DNA from: a bacterium
Lineage (GTDB): Bacteria; SAR324; NAC60-12
Direction of reading: 5' to 3'
Length of the DNA stretch: 64,000 bases
Assembly: GCA_965209155.1 (NCBI GenBank)
Contig: OZ242383.1
Location: 32,001-96,000, forward strand
Shown here: piece after piece, positions 1 through 10,083 of the stretch
How positions within the stretch are numbered: the first letter of the stretch is position 1
How the letters are laid out: the number at the start of each line of letters is the position of its first letter
The notes under the pieces: model-generated
Told to the model about the DNA's origin: nothing
The model's input: only the letters and a program-made list of their open reading frames with translations
The model's database searches: none
Position numbers and translations under genes: made by a program

Positions 1-1263
1 TACGCCGTCTTCACCGCGCGGATAGCCGGCCTCGTCCAGCAACTTCTCGGCTGCTTCGGGGTCAAAGCGATAGTACTGCTTGACTTCCTCGGGCCACTCC
101 TCGTACGGCATGAAATACACGAGCACCGCTTTGCCAACCCCGCCGACAGGGCTCGCATCGCCCCACCCCTGCATGTAGTTCTCGGCAATGGCCTCGAAGT
201 CGATGGCCATGTTGATGGCCTGGCGCACGCGGATGTCGTTGAATGGCGGTTTCTGGTTGTTCCAATTGATAGCGGTTTCCGAACGGTAGGCAAAGGGGTG
301 GAGCACCAGGTCGGGATTGGTCTTCTGTAGGTTGACCGCCGCATCGACACTGGTCAGATGCGAGTTGAGCCCGAACCCGATAAAATCCGCCTGCCCCGAG
401 CGCATGAGGGAGGTTATAGCCGCCGGATCGTTGACGATGATGTACTCGACTTTGTCCGCGTAAGGCAAACGGTTTTCGGGAAATTTCGGGTCAAAGCCCC
501 TGTAATCATCGATCTTTTCTTAGGTCCAGGTGCTGCCCTCCACCACGTCGGTGAGCTGGTAGGGGCCCGTTCCGGTGACGTTGCGCCAATCTTGAATGTC
601 CCCGAATTGCTCGACCACCTCGCGGGCGACCGCGAACCCATGCAGTCCGATGAGCATGGTCCTCAGGGCGTCGAGATAGGGCTTATTATACTTGAATACG
701 ACCGTATGATCATCGGTAGCAGTGACCGAATCGAGTGGGAGCAGGCCGATGTCAGACTGCACGACATCCTTGCCCGGCTCGCCGCCGCCGAAGTCAAGGA
801 GACGCTGCCAGCTGTAGGCGACATCGTGCGCGGTCAGGGGTCGACCGTTGACTGGGGCCTTATCGTGCCATTTGATTCCCTGGCGGATCTTGAACACGAA
901 GGTCAAAGGATCCGGGGTCTCCCAGCTCTCCGCCAGTTGCCCGGCGATGACCTCGACGGGCAGGTATAGCGTGTTATAGCTGAACACGTCCCGGTCGATC
1001 GCCCAGTCTCCAATACCCAGTTTCTCGTTGACCAGCCCGATCCAGGCTCCCGCCGTGTACCGGACATAGGGGTCGATTCCCTCGACTTTGAAATTGACGA
1101 TCGGTCGAATCGTACCGCCATACTTGGGGTCAGTTATCATCTCCCCGGTGGATGGATCTTTCACCATGTGGGAGTCGGCCATTGCCGAACCGACTCCGAA
1201 GGTGAGCACCACCAGGATCAGAGTTGAAAGGATTGAATTGAAATTCGCGTTGTCTTTATACAC
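1..1263 (-). pseudogene. ABC transporter substrate-binding protein, family 5, with in-frame stop at 520-522; runs off the window
   Basis: PKYGG, LAESWE, GIKWHD..PVNGR..TAHDV and GTGPY motifs. After TAA the same frame continues EKIDDYRGFDPKFPENRLPYADK...FNDIRVRQAINMAID, the usual SBP5 C-terminal half. Confidence 0.85.
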
Positions 1264-1460
1264 TTACATCTTGTTCCTTTCTCTCCATTTCGGAGTATGG
1301 ATGATTGAATTGTCCTCGCCGACCCGGCGAAGACATGGATTGAGAGCCCGGATTTGAACTCTTCCGCGGAAGAAGACATAACATGGAAGGCGTGTCAAGA
1401 AAAATTTGTGGTGAATTTTCTTCGCCCCGAATGCGATTGTTTGTTCGTAGTTGTAATGTA

Positions 1461-1488
1461 TTGACAAATTAAATACAAAACGTATTAT
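1461..1488 (+). promoter_or_regulatory. Putative sigma70 promoter
   Basis: TTGACA-16 nt-TATTAT in an AT-rich intergenic region upstream of the BrnT-like gene. Confidence 0.45.
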
Positions 1489-1538
1489 AGAAAAATATTG
1501 AGGAAGAAAGTAGAAACTCAAGAATCGTAAGTATTTTT

Positions 1539-1666
1539 GTCATCCCGGACTTGATCCGGGATCCAGGGTTGTTTACGAATCCCTGGATTCCGGGTCTGTG
1601 CCCGGAATGACACACTCTTGGATTCCTGCTCCCTGCTTTCGTAGGGACAAGCTTCGCAGGAATGAC
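1539..1666. repeat. REP-like palindrome cluster (GTCAT(T/C)CC..GG(A/G)ATCCAG family)
   Basis: gtcatcccggacttgatccgggatccag followed by inverted ctggattccggg...ggaatgac units. Confidence 0.8.
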
Positions 1667-1749
1667 ACAGTGTTCAAGATAGACTTAGTATTTTCAGTGA
1701 CTTATGAGAACTTGCGACTGTTCACGTGCAAAAATAAGAAAATTGTAAG

Positions 1750-2052
1750 GTGATTCACCACACTCATTGGTTTCAATTTGAGTGGGATGAAATCAAGTCA
1801 GCAATCAATATGTGGAAGCATGGAATGGCCTTTGAAGCAGGTTGTTCCGCCTTTAACGACCCTTTCAGACTGGAAGCTGAACCGGATTTCATGGAGGATG
1901 AGGCGCGTGAGGCGATCATTGCTTCAAATGATGCGAACGTCATCGCTCATGTCGCCTATACCCGTGAAGTTCATGATAAAAATAGCCATTTCCGGATCAT
2001 TAGCGTACGTCGAGCGGAGGGTCGAGAAAAAAAAGAATACCACCGACAATAA
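1750..2052 (+). CDS. BrnT-family toxin
   Basis: FEWDEIKSAINMWKHG..F and RIISVRRA...EKKEY motifs. Confidence 0.85.
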   Translation: MIHHTHWFQFEWDEIKSAINMWKHGMAFEAGCSAFNDPFRLEAEPDFMEDEAREAIIASNDANVIAHVAYTREVHDKNSHFRIISVRRAEGREKKEYHRQ

Positions 2053-2065
2053 GAAAGAGGGACAG

Positions 2066-2329
2066 ATGACGAGTCAAAATGTACGTAATAAAAAACGACC
2101 GATGAAAGCGGTCACGCTGAGAATTCCCGAAGATGTGATAGAAGATCTTAAATTTATGGCGGACCGACTTGATTTTGCCGGATATCAAGCATTAATGCGG
2201 GCTTATATCAGTCAAGGATTGCGAAAAGATCTTGAAAAAATTCCTCCCCAAGACTATACCCCTCGATTTATCCGCAATTTGTTGAAACTCGGTGTCAAAC
2301 CGGAGACGATTGAAAATGCGCAAGTCTAG
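2066..2329 (+). CDS. Cognate antitoxin, RHH/CopG-BrnA-like
   Basis: VTLRIPEDVIEDLK...GYQALMRAYI; RBS AAGAGG before ATG 2066; directly downstream of the toxin. Confidence 0.75.
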   Translation: MTSQNVRNKKRPMKAVTLRIPEDVIEDLKFMADRLDFAGYQALMRAYISQGLRKDLEKIPPQDYTPRFIRNLLKLGVKPETIENAQV

Positions 2330-2336
2330 TCAACCA

Positions 2337-2575
2337 TGGATACCGGGTCTTCGCGCGGAATGACAAATCGTTTGTTCCATGAAAAGCCGTTTTCAGCAGA
2401 ACGGTCCCTGGATACCGGGTCTGAGCCAGGAATGACACCTTGCTGGATTCAGGGTCTGAGCCAGGAATGACACCTTGCTGGATTCAGGGTCTGAGCCAGG
2501 AATGACACCTTGCTGGAACCGGGTCTGAGCCAGGAATGACACCTTGCTGGATACCGGGTTTTCGTCCGGAAAGAC
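2337..2575. repeat. Tandem array of about 35-bp REP-like units
   Basis: ctggat(t/a)c(a/c)gggtctgagccaggaatgacaccttg repeated 4 times plus degenerate copies, between convergent genes. Confidence 0.9.
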
Positions 2576-2639
2576 AATGCTGCGACAGGGTGAGATTGCG
2601 GGGGTCATGACAGGCAGGGTGCCGGAAAACGGAGAAAAG

Positions 2640-4664
2640 CTACGATTCGAGTACTCGCACGTTGACTCTCGCTTCGTGAAAAGTGCCTCCTCCTCCCAGG
2701 TCGGTTGTTTTCTGGGACGTCAACTCATTGACGCTGCTCATGCCCGAGGCTTCACTTTCCCAATAGATCCCTTCGAGGACCAGCAAACCGGGTTGAGTCT
2801 TTTCGGAAACAATCGCCTTCCGGATATTACGCCCCCGTTCATTGAAGACTTCGACCAGGACCCCGTCTTCGATATAGCGGGAACGGGCGTCCCGGGGGTG
2901 GATCAGCAGGCTGCCGGTTTCATTTGGATAGCGCTCGCCGAAGGTGGAATTCAACAAGTCGACCAGGGGAGGGGTGATCATTTGAAAAGGGAAGAGCCTG
3001 GAGAGACGGGGATCGTCGAACTCTTCCCGGGGCAGGAGAGTGGGAATGCGGGGAGTCCCCGGTTCCGTGGAATTGGCGGCAAATCGAAAGCGTTGGCCTC
3101 CGGATTTTGCGAAATTTCCACCGGCCTCTGTCATTTGGGAAGGAAGCGCTTCGCCGGGAACGAGTCCTTGTTTTTTCACTTCCCGGGAGACGCCTTGCAG
3201 GCTGTTGACGATCATTTCGATGCGTTCCTCGACTCCGTGTTGGAAGAGCGTCTCGTCGTATCCCATTTTGCGGGCGAGGGTTTGAAAGAGTTCAAAATTG
3301 CCGAGGGCTTCTCCTTTTACCGGAAGGACCGGCGCCACGCGCTGCAAGTAGAAATGGCCGTAGCCGGTGTAGAGATCGGAATTTTCAAAGGAGGTGGTGG
3401 CCGGCAGGAGCAGGTCCGCATAACGCGCCGTGGGGGTGAGAAACTGCTCGTGGACGATGGTGAAGAGATCCTCGCGCGCCATCCCCGCTCGTACGCGGCT
3501 GGCGTCGGGAGCGACGCTGAGGGGGTTGCTGTTGTAGACGAACAGTCCTTTGACGGGAGGCGTCAAGCGGGTGAGGGCGTCTCCCAACTGCACCATATTC
3601 ACTTTGCGAGTGGGCGATTCACTCAAGGCGCGGAAATTCAAATAATCGGACGGTAGGGAAAAAGCATTGCTCGAAAGCAAGGCGCCCCGGCCACTCCCGC
3701 CATCGAACAATCCCAAGGCCGCGGAAAGACAGGCAATAGCCCGGACCGCCATGGCCCCTTGCGTGTTGCGAGTCAATCCGATGCCGATGCGGATGAAGGA
3801 TTTCGGTGTGTTTGCCAGCATCTCCGCGAGTTCTCTGATGCGAGAAGAATCGAGTCCCGAGTCATTTGCCAGTTTTTCAAGTGGCAGATCTCGCGCATAA
3901 GAGGAGAGTTCGTCGAATCCTTCCGTATAACGGGCGATGAAGTCGTGGTCGACCGCATCTTTTTCGAGCAAGAGCTTGAGCAAGCCCAGGGCCAGCGCCA
4001 CGTCTCCACCCGGTTTGACGGGGTAGTGGAGGTCCGCGTTTTGCGCCGTTGCGTTCAGGTAGGGATCAATGACCACGAACCGCGCGCCTCGACGCCGGGC
4101 CTTGACCACGAAGGGCATGAAGTGGATATTGGTCACTTTCACGTTGATGCCCCAGGCCAAGATGAGATCGGCATCCAATGCTTTTTCGGGAGGACTGGCG
4201 GGTCCGGAACCGTAATGCAGTTCCCATCCCGCATCGGCGGCAGCGCAACAAATGGTTTTCAGCAAGCGGGAAGCGCCATATTTATAGAAAAAGGGATCCC
4301 CTGCAAAACGGTTGAGCTTTCCCATATTGCCCGCGTAGGTATAAGGCAATAAGGCTTCCCCTCCATGTTCCTTTTTGATGCGGGTCAGTTCTTCCACCAG
4401 TCTTTGCCAGGCTTCTTCCCAGGAAATCCTGGTGAAATTCCCTTCTCCTTTCTTGCCGGTACGCAGTTGAGGATAGAGCACCCTTTGCGGAGATTGTACG
4501 CGATGGTGGTAGGTGCGGACTTTTTTGCAGAGAAATCCTTGCGTAAAAGGGTGGTCAGGGTCGCCATCCAAGCGGGTGATGACCCCATCCCGCACGGTGG
4601 CAACCATCCCGCAGGCGTCCGGACAATCGAGAGGACACACCGTTTTTCGTTTTTCCACAGCCAT
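2640..4664 (-). CDS. Molybdopterin oxidoreductase (YoaE-like, 4Fe-4S N-terminus)
   Basis: CPLDCPDAC...GFLCKK, ISWEEA, TARYADLLLPA and C-terminal molybdopterin dinucleotide-binding motifs. Confidence 0.9.
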   Translation of the reverse strand: MAVEKRKTVCPLDCPDACGMVATVRDGVITRLDGDPDHPFTQGFLCKKVRTYHHRVQSPQRVLYPQLRTGKKGEGNFTRISWEEAWQRLVEELTRIKKEHGGEALLPYTYAGNMGKLNRFAGDPFFYKYGASRLLKTICCAAADAGWELHYGSGPASPPEKALDADLILAWGINVKVTNIHFMPFVVKARRRGARFVVIDPYLNATAQNADLHYPVKPGGDVALALGLLKLLLEKDAVDHDFIARYTEGFDELSSYARDLPLEKLANDSGLDSSRIRELAEMLANTPKSFIRIGIGLTRNTQGAMAVRAIACLSAALGLFDGGSGRGALLSSNAFSLPSDYLNFRALSESPTRKVNMVQLGDALTRLTPPVKGLFVYNSNPLSVAPDASRVRAGMAREDLFTIVHEQFLTPTARYADLLLPATTSFENSDLYTGYGHFYLQRVAPVLPVKGEALGNFELFQTLARKMGYDETLFQHGVEERIEMIVNSLQGVSREVKKQGLVPGEALPSQMTEAGGNFAKSGGQRFRFAANSTEPGTPRIPTLLPREEFDDPRLSRLFPFQMITPPLVDLLNSTFGERYPNETGSLLIHPRDARSRYIEDGVLVEVFNERGRNIRKAIVSEKTQPGLLVLEGIYWESEASGMSSVNELTSQKTTDLGGGGTFHEARVNVRVLES

Positions 4665-4851
4665 GGATCAATCTACGTTTGAGAGGGAAGGCAACGCGCG
4701 TGAGCCCAATCGAAAAACTATTCTACGCATTTTCTCCTGAAAAGCAAGAAAAGACGGATGCTTTATAATATGGTTTGCGCCTGGCAGCCGAATTTGCTAT
4801 CCTTTTTCATTCCCAACACCGGAACCGCGTTTGAAGATCGAGGAGAACAGC

Positions 4852-6801
4852 ATGAGCCAATTATTGTGGCAACCTTCCGCGCAACAAATCGCCAGGAGCG
4901 AGATGAGCCGTTTGACGGAACGTATCCGGCAGCTTCACTCGCTCGACGACAACCAATACGCCACACTCCACCAATGGTCCGTCGACCACCCGGAGCTTTT
5001 TTGGGAACAGGTCTGGCAGGATTGCGAGATCGTGGCTTCCCGCTCTCACGGACGGGTGATGGGGGAGGCGAAAATGCCCGGTACGGTCTGGTTTGAAGGA
5101 GCTCGATTGAATTTTGCGGAAAATTTACTGCGTTTCCGTGATGAAAGGCGAGAGGCCCTTTGTTTTTTTGATGAGCGCGGCCGGCGCGCTTCCCTGACTT
5201 ACCCGCAACTTGCGGAAAAAGTATTCCAATGCGCAAGCGGACTGCGAGCCCATGGCGTGGGAGTGGGGGACCGGGTGGCGGCCTTCCTGCCAAATTGTCC
5301 GGAAACCGTGATTGCCGTGCTGGCCACCAGCAGCATCGGCGCGATCTGGTCTTCCTGCTCCCCGGATTTTGGCATCAATGGAGTCCATGACCGCCTGGGA
5401 CAAATCACGCCCAAGGTCCTGTTCACAACTAATGGCTACCACTACAATGGAAAAACCATCGATTGCCTGCAGAAAACCAGGGGGATCCTGCAAAAAATCG
5501 AATCGATTGAAAGGGCAGTGATCGTTTCCTTTCTCGACGAGCCCTACGAAGCCTTTCCCAAAAGCCAGCGATGGGAGGAATTGCTCGAGATGGCGGAGCC
5601 GGAAGAACGGTTCGAGCAACTGCCTTTCGATCATCCTCTTTATATCGTCTATTCGTCGGGCACCACCGGAGTGCCCAAGTCGATCGTCCATGGCGCGGGC
5701 GGCACCTTGCTCAAGCACCTCTGCGAGCATCGCTACCACTGCGACTTGAAAAAAGAGGACCGCCTGTTTTATTTCTCCACTTGTGGTTGGATGATGTGGA
5801 ACTGGTTGATCAGTGGATTGGCGAGTGGGGCGACCATCGTTTTGTATGAAGGTTCGCCGACTTACCCCGACGTGGGTCACTTGTGGCGACACGTCGACGA
5901 CTTGCGTATCACGCATTTCGGCACGAGCCCCAAGTTCCTCACAGTCGCGCAAAAATCGCAATATCGTCCCAAAGCGCAGCACAGCCTGCAATCCCTGGAA
6001 ATGCTGATGTCCACCGGGGCACCGCTCTCCGAAGAATTGTTCCGGTGGGTGTACGAGCACGTCAAATCCGACCTGCAATTGGCCTCCATTGCGGGAGGAA
6101 CCGACCTGATTGGCTGTTTCGTGTTGGGAAATCCGAACTTGCCGGTCCACGAGGGGGAAATCCAATGCAAAGCCCTGGGAATGGACGTGCATGCCTTCAA
6201 CGAAGGAGGAGCATCGATGCGGGGGGAAAAAGGGGAACTGGTCTGCGCGAAACCATTTCCTTCGATGCCGGTCTGTTTTTGGAACGATCCCGATGGCGAA
6301 AAATACCACGAGGCTTATTTCGCCTCTTTCCCGGGGGTCTGGACCCATGGGGATTTCATCGAAATCACGGAGCGGGGGGGAGCCGTCATTCATGGCCGGA
6401 GTGATTCCACCCTCAATCCCGCGGGGGTACGCATCGGTACGGCGGAAATCTACCGGCAGGTCGAAGCGATGCCCGAGGTGCTGGACAGCATCGTGGTCGG
6501 GCAGAAATGGGAAAACGACGTGCGGATCGTACTGTTCGTGGTGCTCCGTTCCGACCTCGGCCTCGATGATGAATTGCGGGAGAAAATCAAAACCACCATC
6601 CGGGTGGGGACCACCTTCCGGCACGTGCCAGCCTTGATCCACCAAGTAGCGGATATTCCCCGCACCATCAGTGGGAAGAAGGTTGAAAAAGCAGTGCGCC
6701 AGGTACTGGAGGGAGAAGCGATCCTGAACAAGTCCGCCCTGGAAAACCCGGACTGCCTGGATGCTTTCCAGGCATTCAAGGATTCCTCCTTTCCTGGTTG
6801 A
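4852..6801 (+). CDS. Acetoacetyl-CoA synthetase
   Basis: WFEGARLNFAENLL, YSSGTTGVPKSIVH, GWMMWNW, GRSDSTLNPAGVRIGTAEIY; RBS AGGAG before ATG 4852. Confidence 0.92.
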   Translation: MSQLLWQPSAQQIARSEMSRLTERIRQLHSLDDNQYATLHQWSVDHPELFWEQVWQDCEIVASRSHGRVMGEAKMPGTVWFEGARLNFAENLLRFRDERREALCFFDERGRRASLTYPQLAEKVFQCASGLRAHGVGVGDRVAAFLPNCPETVIAVLATSSIGAIWSSCSPDFGINGVHDRLGQITPKVLFTTNGYHYNGKTIDCLQKTRGILQKIESIERAVIVSFLDEPYEAFPKSQRWEELLEMAEPEERFEQLPFDHPLYIVYSSGTTGVPKSIVHGAGGTLLKHLCEHRYHCDLKKEDRLFYFSTCGWMMWNWLISGLASGATIVLYEGSPTYPDVGHLWRHVDDLRITHFGTSPKFLTVAQKSQYRPKAQHSLQSLEMLMSTGAPLSEELFRWVYEHVKSDLQLASIAGGTDLIGCFVLGNPNLPVHEGEIQCKALGMDVHAFNEGGASMRGEKGELVCAKPFPSMPVCFWNDPDGEKYHEAYFASFPGVWTHGDFIEITERGGAVIHGRSDSTLNPAGVRIGTAEIYRQVEAMPEVLDSIVVGQKWENDVRIVLFVVLRSDLGLDDELREKIKTTIRVGTTFRHVPALIHQVADIPRTISGKKVEKAVRQVLEGEAILNKSALENPDCLDAFQAFKDSSFPG

Positions 6802-6802
6802 C

Positions 6803-7486
6803 TCAACGGCGTAGAATGGCCAACCAGCGCCACAAGTTGAGCAGTCCTGCCAGGGAACTGGCAACGTAGGTGAAGGAACACGCGGTCAGGATTCGACGGA
6901 CGACTTTCTGGTCGTTCTCTTCGATGTATTCCCCCTGCTGGAGGATGGGAAGGGCTTTTTTGAAACTGGCATCCAATTCCACGGGAAGGGTGATCAGGTG
7001 CACCAGGGAAGGTCCGCCCAGCGCGCACAACCCTCCGAGGAAAGTGAGCAATCCCAAGGCCGGGGCGCGACTGATCAAAGCGAGGACGGGAGTGGCCAGG
7101 ATGATGAGCGAGCCGAATTTTTCCATTTTTTGTGAGAGCAGCACCAGCCGGGTACGCCATGCCAGAGGACGGTACCCCGTATGATCCTGCACCGCATGGC
7201 CCACTTCGTGGGCGGCAGTGGCCACGGCCGTGAGGGATTTCCCGTTCATGTTGCTCGCGGACAACCTGACAGTCTTCGTGAGAGGGTCGTAATGGTCTCC
7301 CAACTCGGTTTCCTCGACGCGCACCTCGCGCATGTCGAATTGTTCGAGCAAATGAAGGGCGAGTTCCTTCCCGGTACCGGGAATGTCTTTGCGGGAGGCG
7401 CTATAACGGGACAAGGTCTTTTTAGCCCAGTAATTGGGAAGGTAAAGCACCAGGAGGAATAAAATCAGGGGGATCAGGACCTGCAT
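6803..7486 (-). CDS. YugP-family membrane zinc metallopeptidase
   Basis: DHYDP, AAHEVGHAVQD, LITLPVELDAS, TYVA. Confidence 0.92.
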   Translation of the reverse strand: MQVLIPLILFLLVLYLPNYWAKKTLSRYSASRKDIPGTGKELALHLLEQFDMREVRVEETELGDHYDPLTKTVRLSASNMNGKSLTAVATAAHEVGHAVQDHTGYRPLAWRTRLVLLSQKMEKFGSLIILATPVLALISRAPALGLLTFLGGLCALGGPSLVHLITLPVELDASFKKALPILQQGEYIEENDQKVVRRILTACSFTYVASSLAGLLNLWRWLAILRR

Positions 7487-7495
7487 GAATTGAGC

Positions 7496-8122
7496 TCAAT
7501 GGGTGGCACCGGACAGGTTGGGGAGTTCCGCTTGTTCCGTGAGGGAACGGAGTTTTTCCATTTTTTCATTTTCAGCCCCGGGTGGGACGGTGTTCCCGTC
7601 ATCCGGGTCCATGTCCAATTCCGCCAGGCTGGGGAGATTGCTGAGTTTATTCAAACCGAAGATTTCCAGGAAAAAATCGGTCGTGCCATACAAAATGGGA
7701 CGTCCCGCTGTTTGTTCTTTACCCACCACCCGGATCAATTTACGCATGAGGAGGACTTTCAAGGTATGGGAGGAATCCACCCCGCGGACAAATTCAATCC
7801 GGGTGCGAGTGACGGGTTGTTTGTAGGCCACAATAGCCAGGGTTTCCAGGATGGGCAACGAGAGCTTGACCGGTTTGACCGGTTCCAGTTTTTGAATCCA
7901 AGGGCGAAATTCGGGTTCGGTGCGCATCTGGAAGCCTCCGGCCACTTCCCGGATGCGAAAAACCCGTCCGGATTCGTGGTAATCTCGATTGAGTTGCGCG
8001 ACGAGGTTCCGCACCTCTCGCGCATTTTCCATTCCCAGCAGTTCGAGCAGTTGACGCGGCGGAATCGACTGGGGCGATGAAAAGAGAATCGCTTCCACGA
8101 TTTGCGCTTTGTTTTTTTCCAT
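7496..8122 (-). CDS. scpB: SMC-Scp complex subunit ScpB
   Basis: IVEAILF, VAGGFQMRT, LETLAIVAYKQPVTR..IE.VRGV, GRPILYGTT..FLEIFGL; start set at MEKNK. Confidence 0.93.
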   Translation of the reverse strand: MEKNKAQIVEAILFSSPQSIPPRQLLELLGMENAREVRNLVAQLNRDYHESGRVFRIREVAGGFQMRTEPEFRPWIQKLEPVKPVKLSLPILETLAIVAYKQPVTRTRIEFVRGVDSSHTLKVLLMRKLIRVVGKEQTAGRPILYGTTDFFLEIFGLNKLSNLPSLAELDMDPDDGNTVPPGAENEKMEKLRSLTEQAELPNLSGATH

Positions 8123-8391
8123 GAGTGTGCTTTCTCCTTCCCCTCCGTGGCGTTTCCACCCGGAGAGGAAGATCGAAGACAACCTGGGGCAAGATGCGGG
8201 ATGGGTTCCTCGAGTTCGCAATCCGGGTATTTCATTTTTTGCCATATTTCATGCGAATAGTCAATTTTCCATTTTTCTGAAAAATTTCCCGGCCCCTCCC
8301 GGAACTATTGATTTTTTACCCGGAATGGGTTATTGAAGTTCAAACCAGTTAAAATTGTCCGTATTGCCACGATCAAAATAGAGGAGGAACC

Positions 8392-10068
8392 ATGGACGCG
8401 AACAATCAAAAAAATTCAGAAGATTTCATCACTCCATTGGAATGTCTTTATCGTTGGGAAAAAGAACGACCCGGAGCCAACTACTTGCACCAGCCCTGGC
8501 CCGACGGCCGGGTGGAAACTTTCACTTGGGGCCGGGTGATGAAAGAAGCCCGCAGCATGGCGGCTCATTTACAGTCTTTAAAACTCGAACCCAAGAGCCA
8601 GGTTGCTTTGATGTCCGCCAACTGCGCCCACTGGTTGATGGCGGACTATGCCATTTGGATGGCGGGTCACGTGTCCGTCCCCATTTTTCCGACCCTGGGA
8701 AAAGACGAAGTGAACTACATCGTCGAACACAGTGAATCGAAAGTCTTCTTTGCAGGAAAAATGGAACACTGGGAGCAAGTCAAACCCGGGATCAGCATCC
8801 CTTGCATCGCCTTTCCCCACAACCAAGACGACCAGGTCCCGTCCTGGAATAAAATCGTGGCGGAGACCGCTCCCCTTTCCGGTAATCCAAACCGGGAGAT
8901 GGATGAACTGGCGAGCATCATCTATACCTCGGGGAGCACCGGGACGCCGAAGGGGGTGATGATCCATTTTCGTCACATGGCCATGGCTGCAATTGGATTC
9001 AAGGACATCCTGGTTTTATCTCCCGCCGACCGCATGATTTCCTACCTCCCCTTGTCCCACGTCGCTGAACGGATGCTGGTGGATGTGAATTCGGTCTATC
9101 GAGGTTTCGAGGTCTTCTTCGCCCACAGCCTGGATACCTTCCTGCAAGATTTGCAAAGGGCCCACCCGACCCTGTTTTTCAGCGTACCTCGCCTTTGGAT
9201 AAAATTCCAAATGGGAGTGTTTGAAAAAGTGCCCCGCAAGAAACTGGATTTCCTGCTGAAAATCCCCATTCTCTCGTCGCTCCTGAAAAAAAAGATCATC
9301 AAAGGATTGGGTCTGGATGCGGTGCGTTATGCAGGCAGTGGGGCGGCGCCCATCCCGCGGAGTTTACTGGAATGGTACCAGAAGTTGGGGCTGGAAATCA
9401 TAGAAGGTTATGGTATGACTGAAAATTTCGCTTATTCACACGTCAACGAACCGGGGAACGTGAAATTCGGATCCGTGGGAAAAAACAATCCCCTGGTGGA
9501 AAGCAAAATCGACGAAAACGGCGAGGTGCTCATCAAAAGTCCGAGCAATATGGCCGGTTATTTCAAAGATCCCGAAAAAACCAAAGAAGCGCTCAGGGAG
9601 GACGGTTACCTGCGCACCGGCGACATGGGGCGTTTCGACGAACAAGGACGGCTGACCCTGACAGGGCGCGTGAAAGAGCAATTCAAAACCACGAAGGGAG
9701 AATACATCGCCCCTGCTCCCATTGAAGATTCGATCATGCAGCATGATAAAATCGAAATGGCCTGCGTTTGCGGGGAGGGATTGAACCAACCCCTCTGTCT
9801 CGTCAATCTTTCGGAACAAGGGCAGGCGGAATATGGCAGAGACCAGAGATCGATTGCCGACGACCTGGGGCGTTTCCTGGAGCAGGTCAACCGAGGCTTA
9901 TTGAACCATGAACGGATCGCTTCCTTTGTTGTCATTCCGCAAACCTGGCAGCCCGACAATGGATTCCTCACCCCAACCTTGAAAATCAAGCGCCACGTGA
10001 TTGAAAAAGAATATGGCGCTCAATTCGAAGGTTGGGAGTCACGGAAAGAAGCGGTGATTTGTCTCTAG
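8392..10068 (+). CDS. Long-chain fatty acid-CoA ligase (AMP-binding)
   Basis: YTSGSTGTPKG, YLPLSHVAER, EGYGMTE, RTGDMG, LTPTLKIKR. Confidence 0.92.
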   Translation: MDANNQKNSEDFITPLECLYRWEKERPGANYLHQPWPDGRVETFTWGRVMKEARSMAAHLQSLKLEPKSQVALMSANCAHWLMADYAIWMAGHVSVPIFPTLGKDEVNYIVEHSESKVFFAGKMEHWEQVKPGISIPCIAFPHNQDDQVPSWNKIVAETAPLSGNPNREMDELASIIYTSGSTGTPKGVMIHFRHMAMAAIGFKDILVLSPADRMISYLPLSHVAERMLVDVNSVYRGFEVFFAHSLDTFLQDLQRAHPTLFFSVPRLWIKFQMGVFEKVPRKKLDFLLKIPILSSLLKKKIIKGLGLDAVRYAGSGAAPIPRSLLEWYQKLGLEIIEGYGMTENFAYSHVNEPGNVKFGSVGKNNPLVESKIDENGEVLIKSPSNMAGYFKDPEKTKEALREDGYLRTGDMGRFDEQGRLTLTGRVKEQFKTTKGEYIAPAPIEDSIMQHDKIEMACVCGEGLNQPLCLVNLSEQGQAEYGRDQRSIADDLGRFLEQVNRGLLNHERIASFVVIPQTWQPDNGFLTPTLKIKRHVIEKEYGAQFEGWESRKEAVICL

Positions 10069-10083
10069 CGCTTTTGATGATTT

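Noticed and set aside
2408..2575. Possible mini-CRISPR
   Set aside because: The units are contiguous tandem copies with no unique spacers
5125..6864. 579-aa minus-strand ORF (and similar long antisense ORFs at 2544, 11235, 43612)
   Set aside because: Antisense shadows of well-supported genes in GC-rich DNA; no motifs
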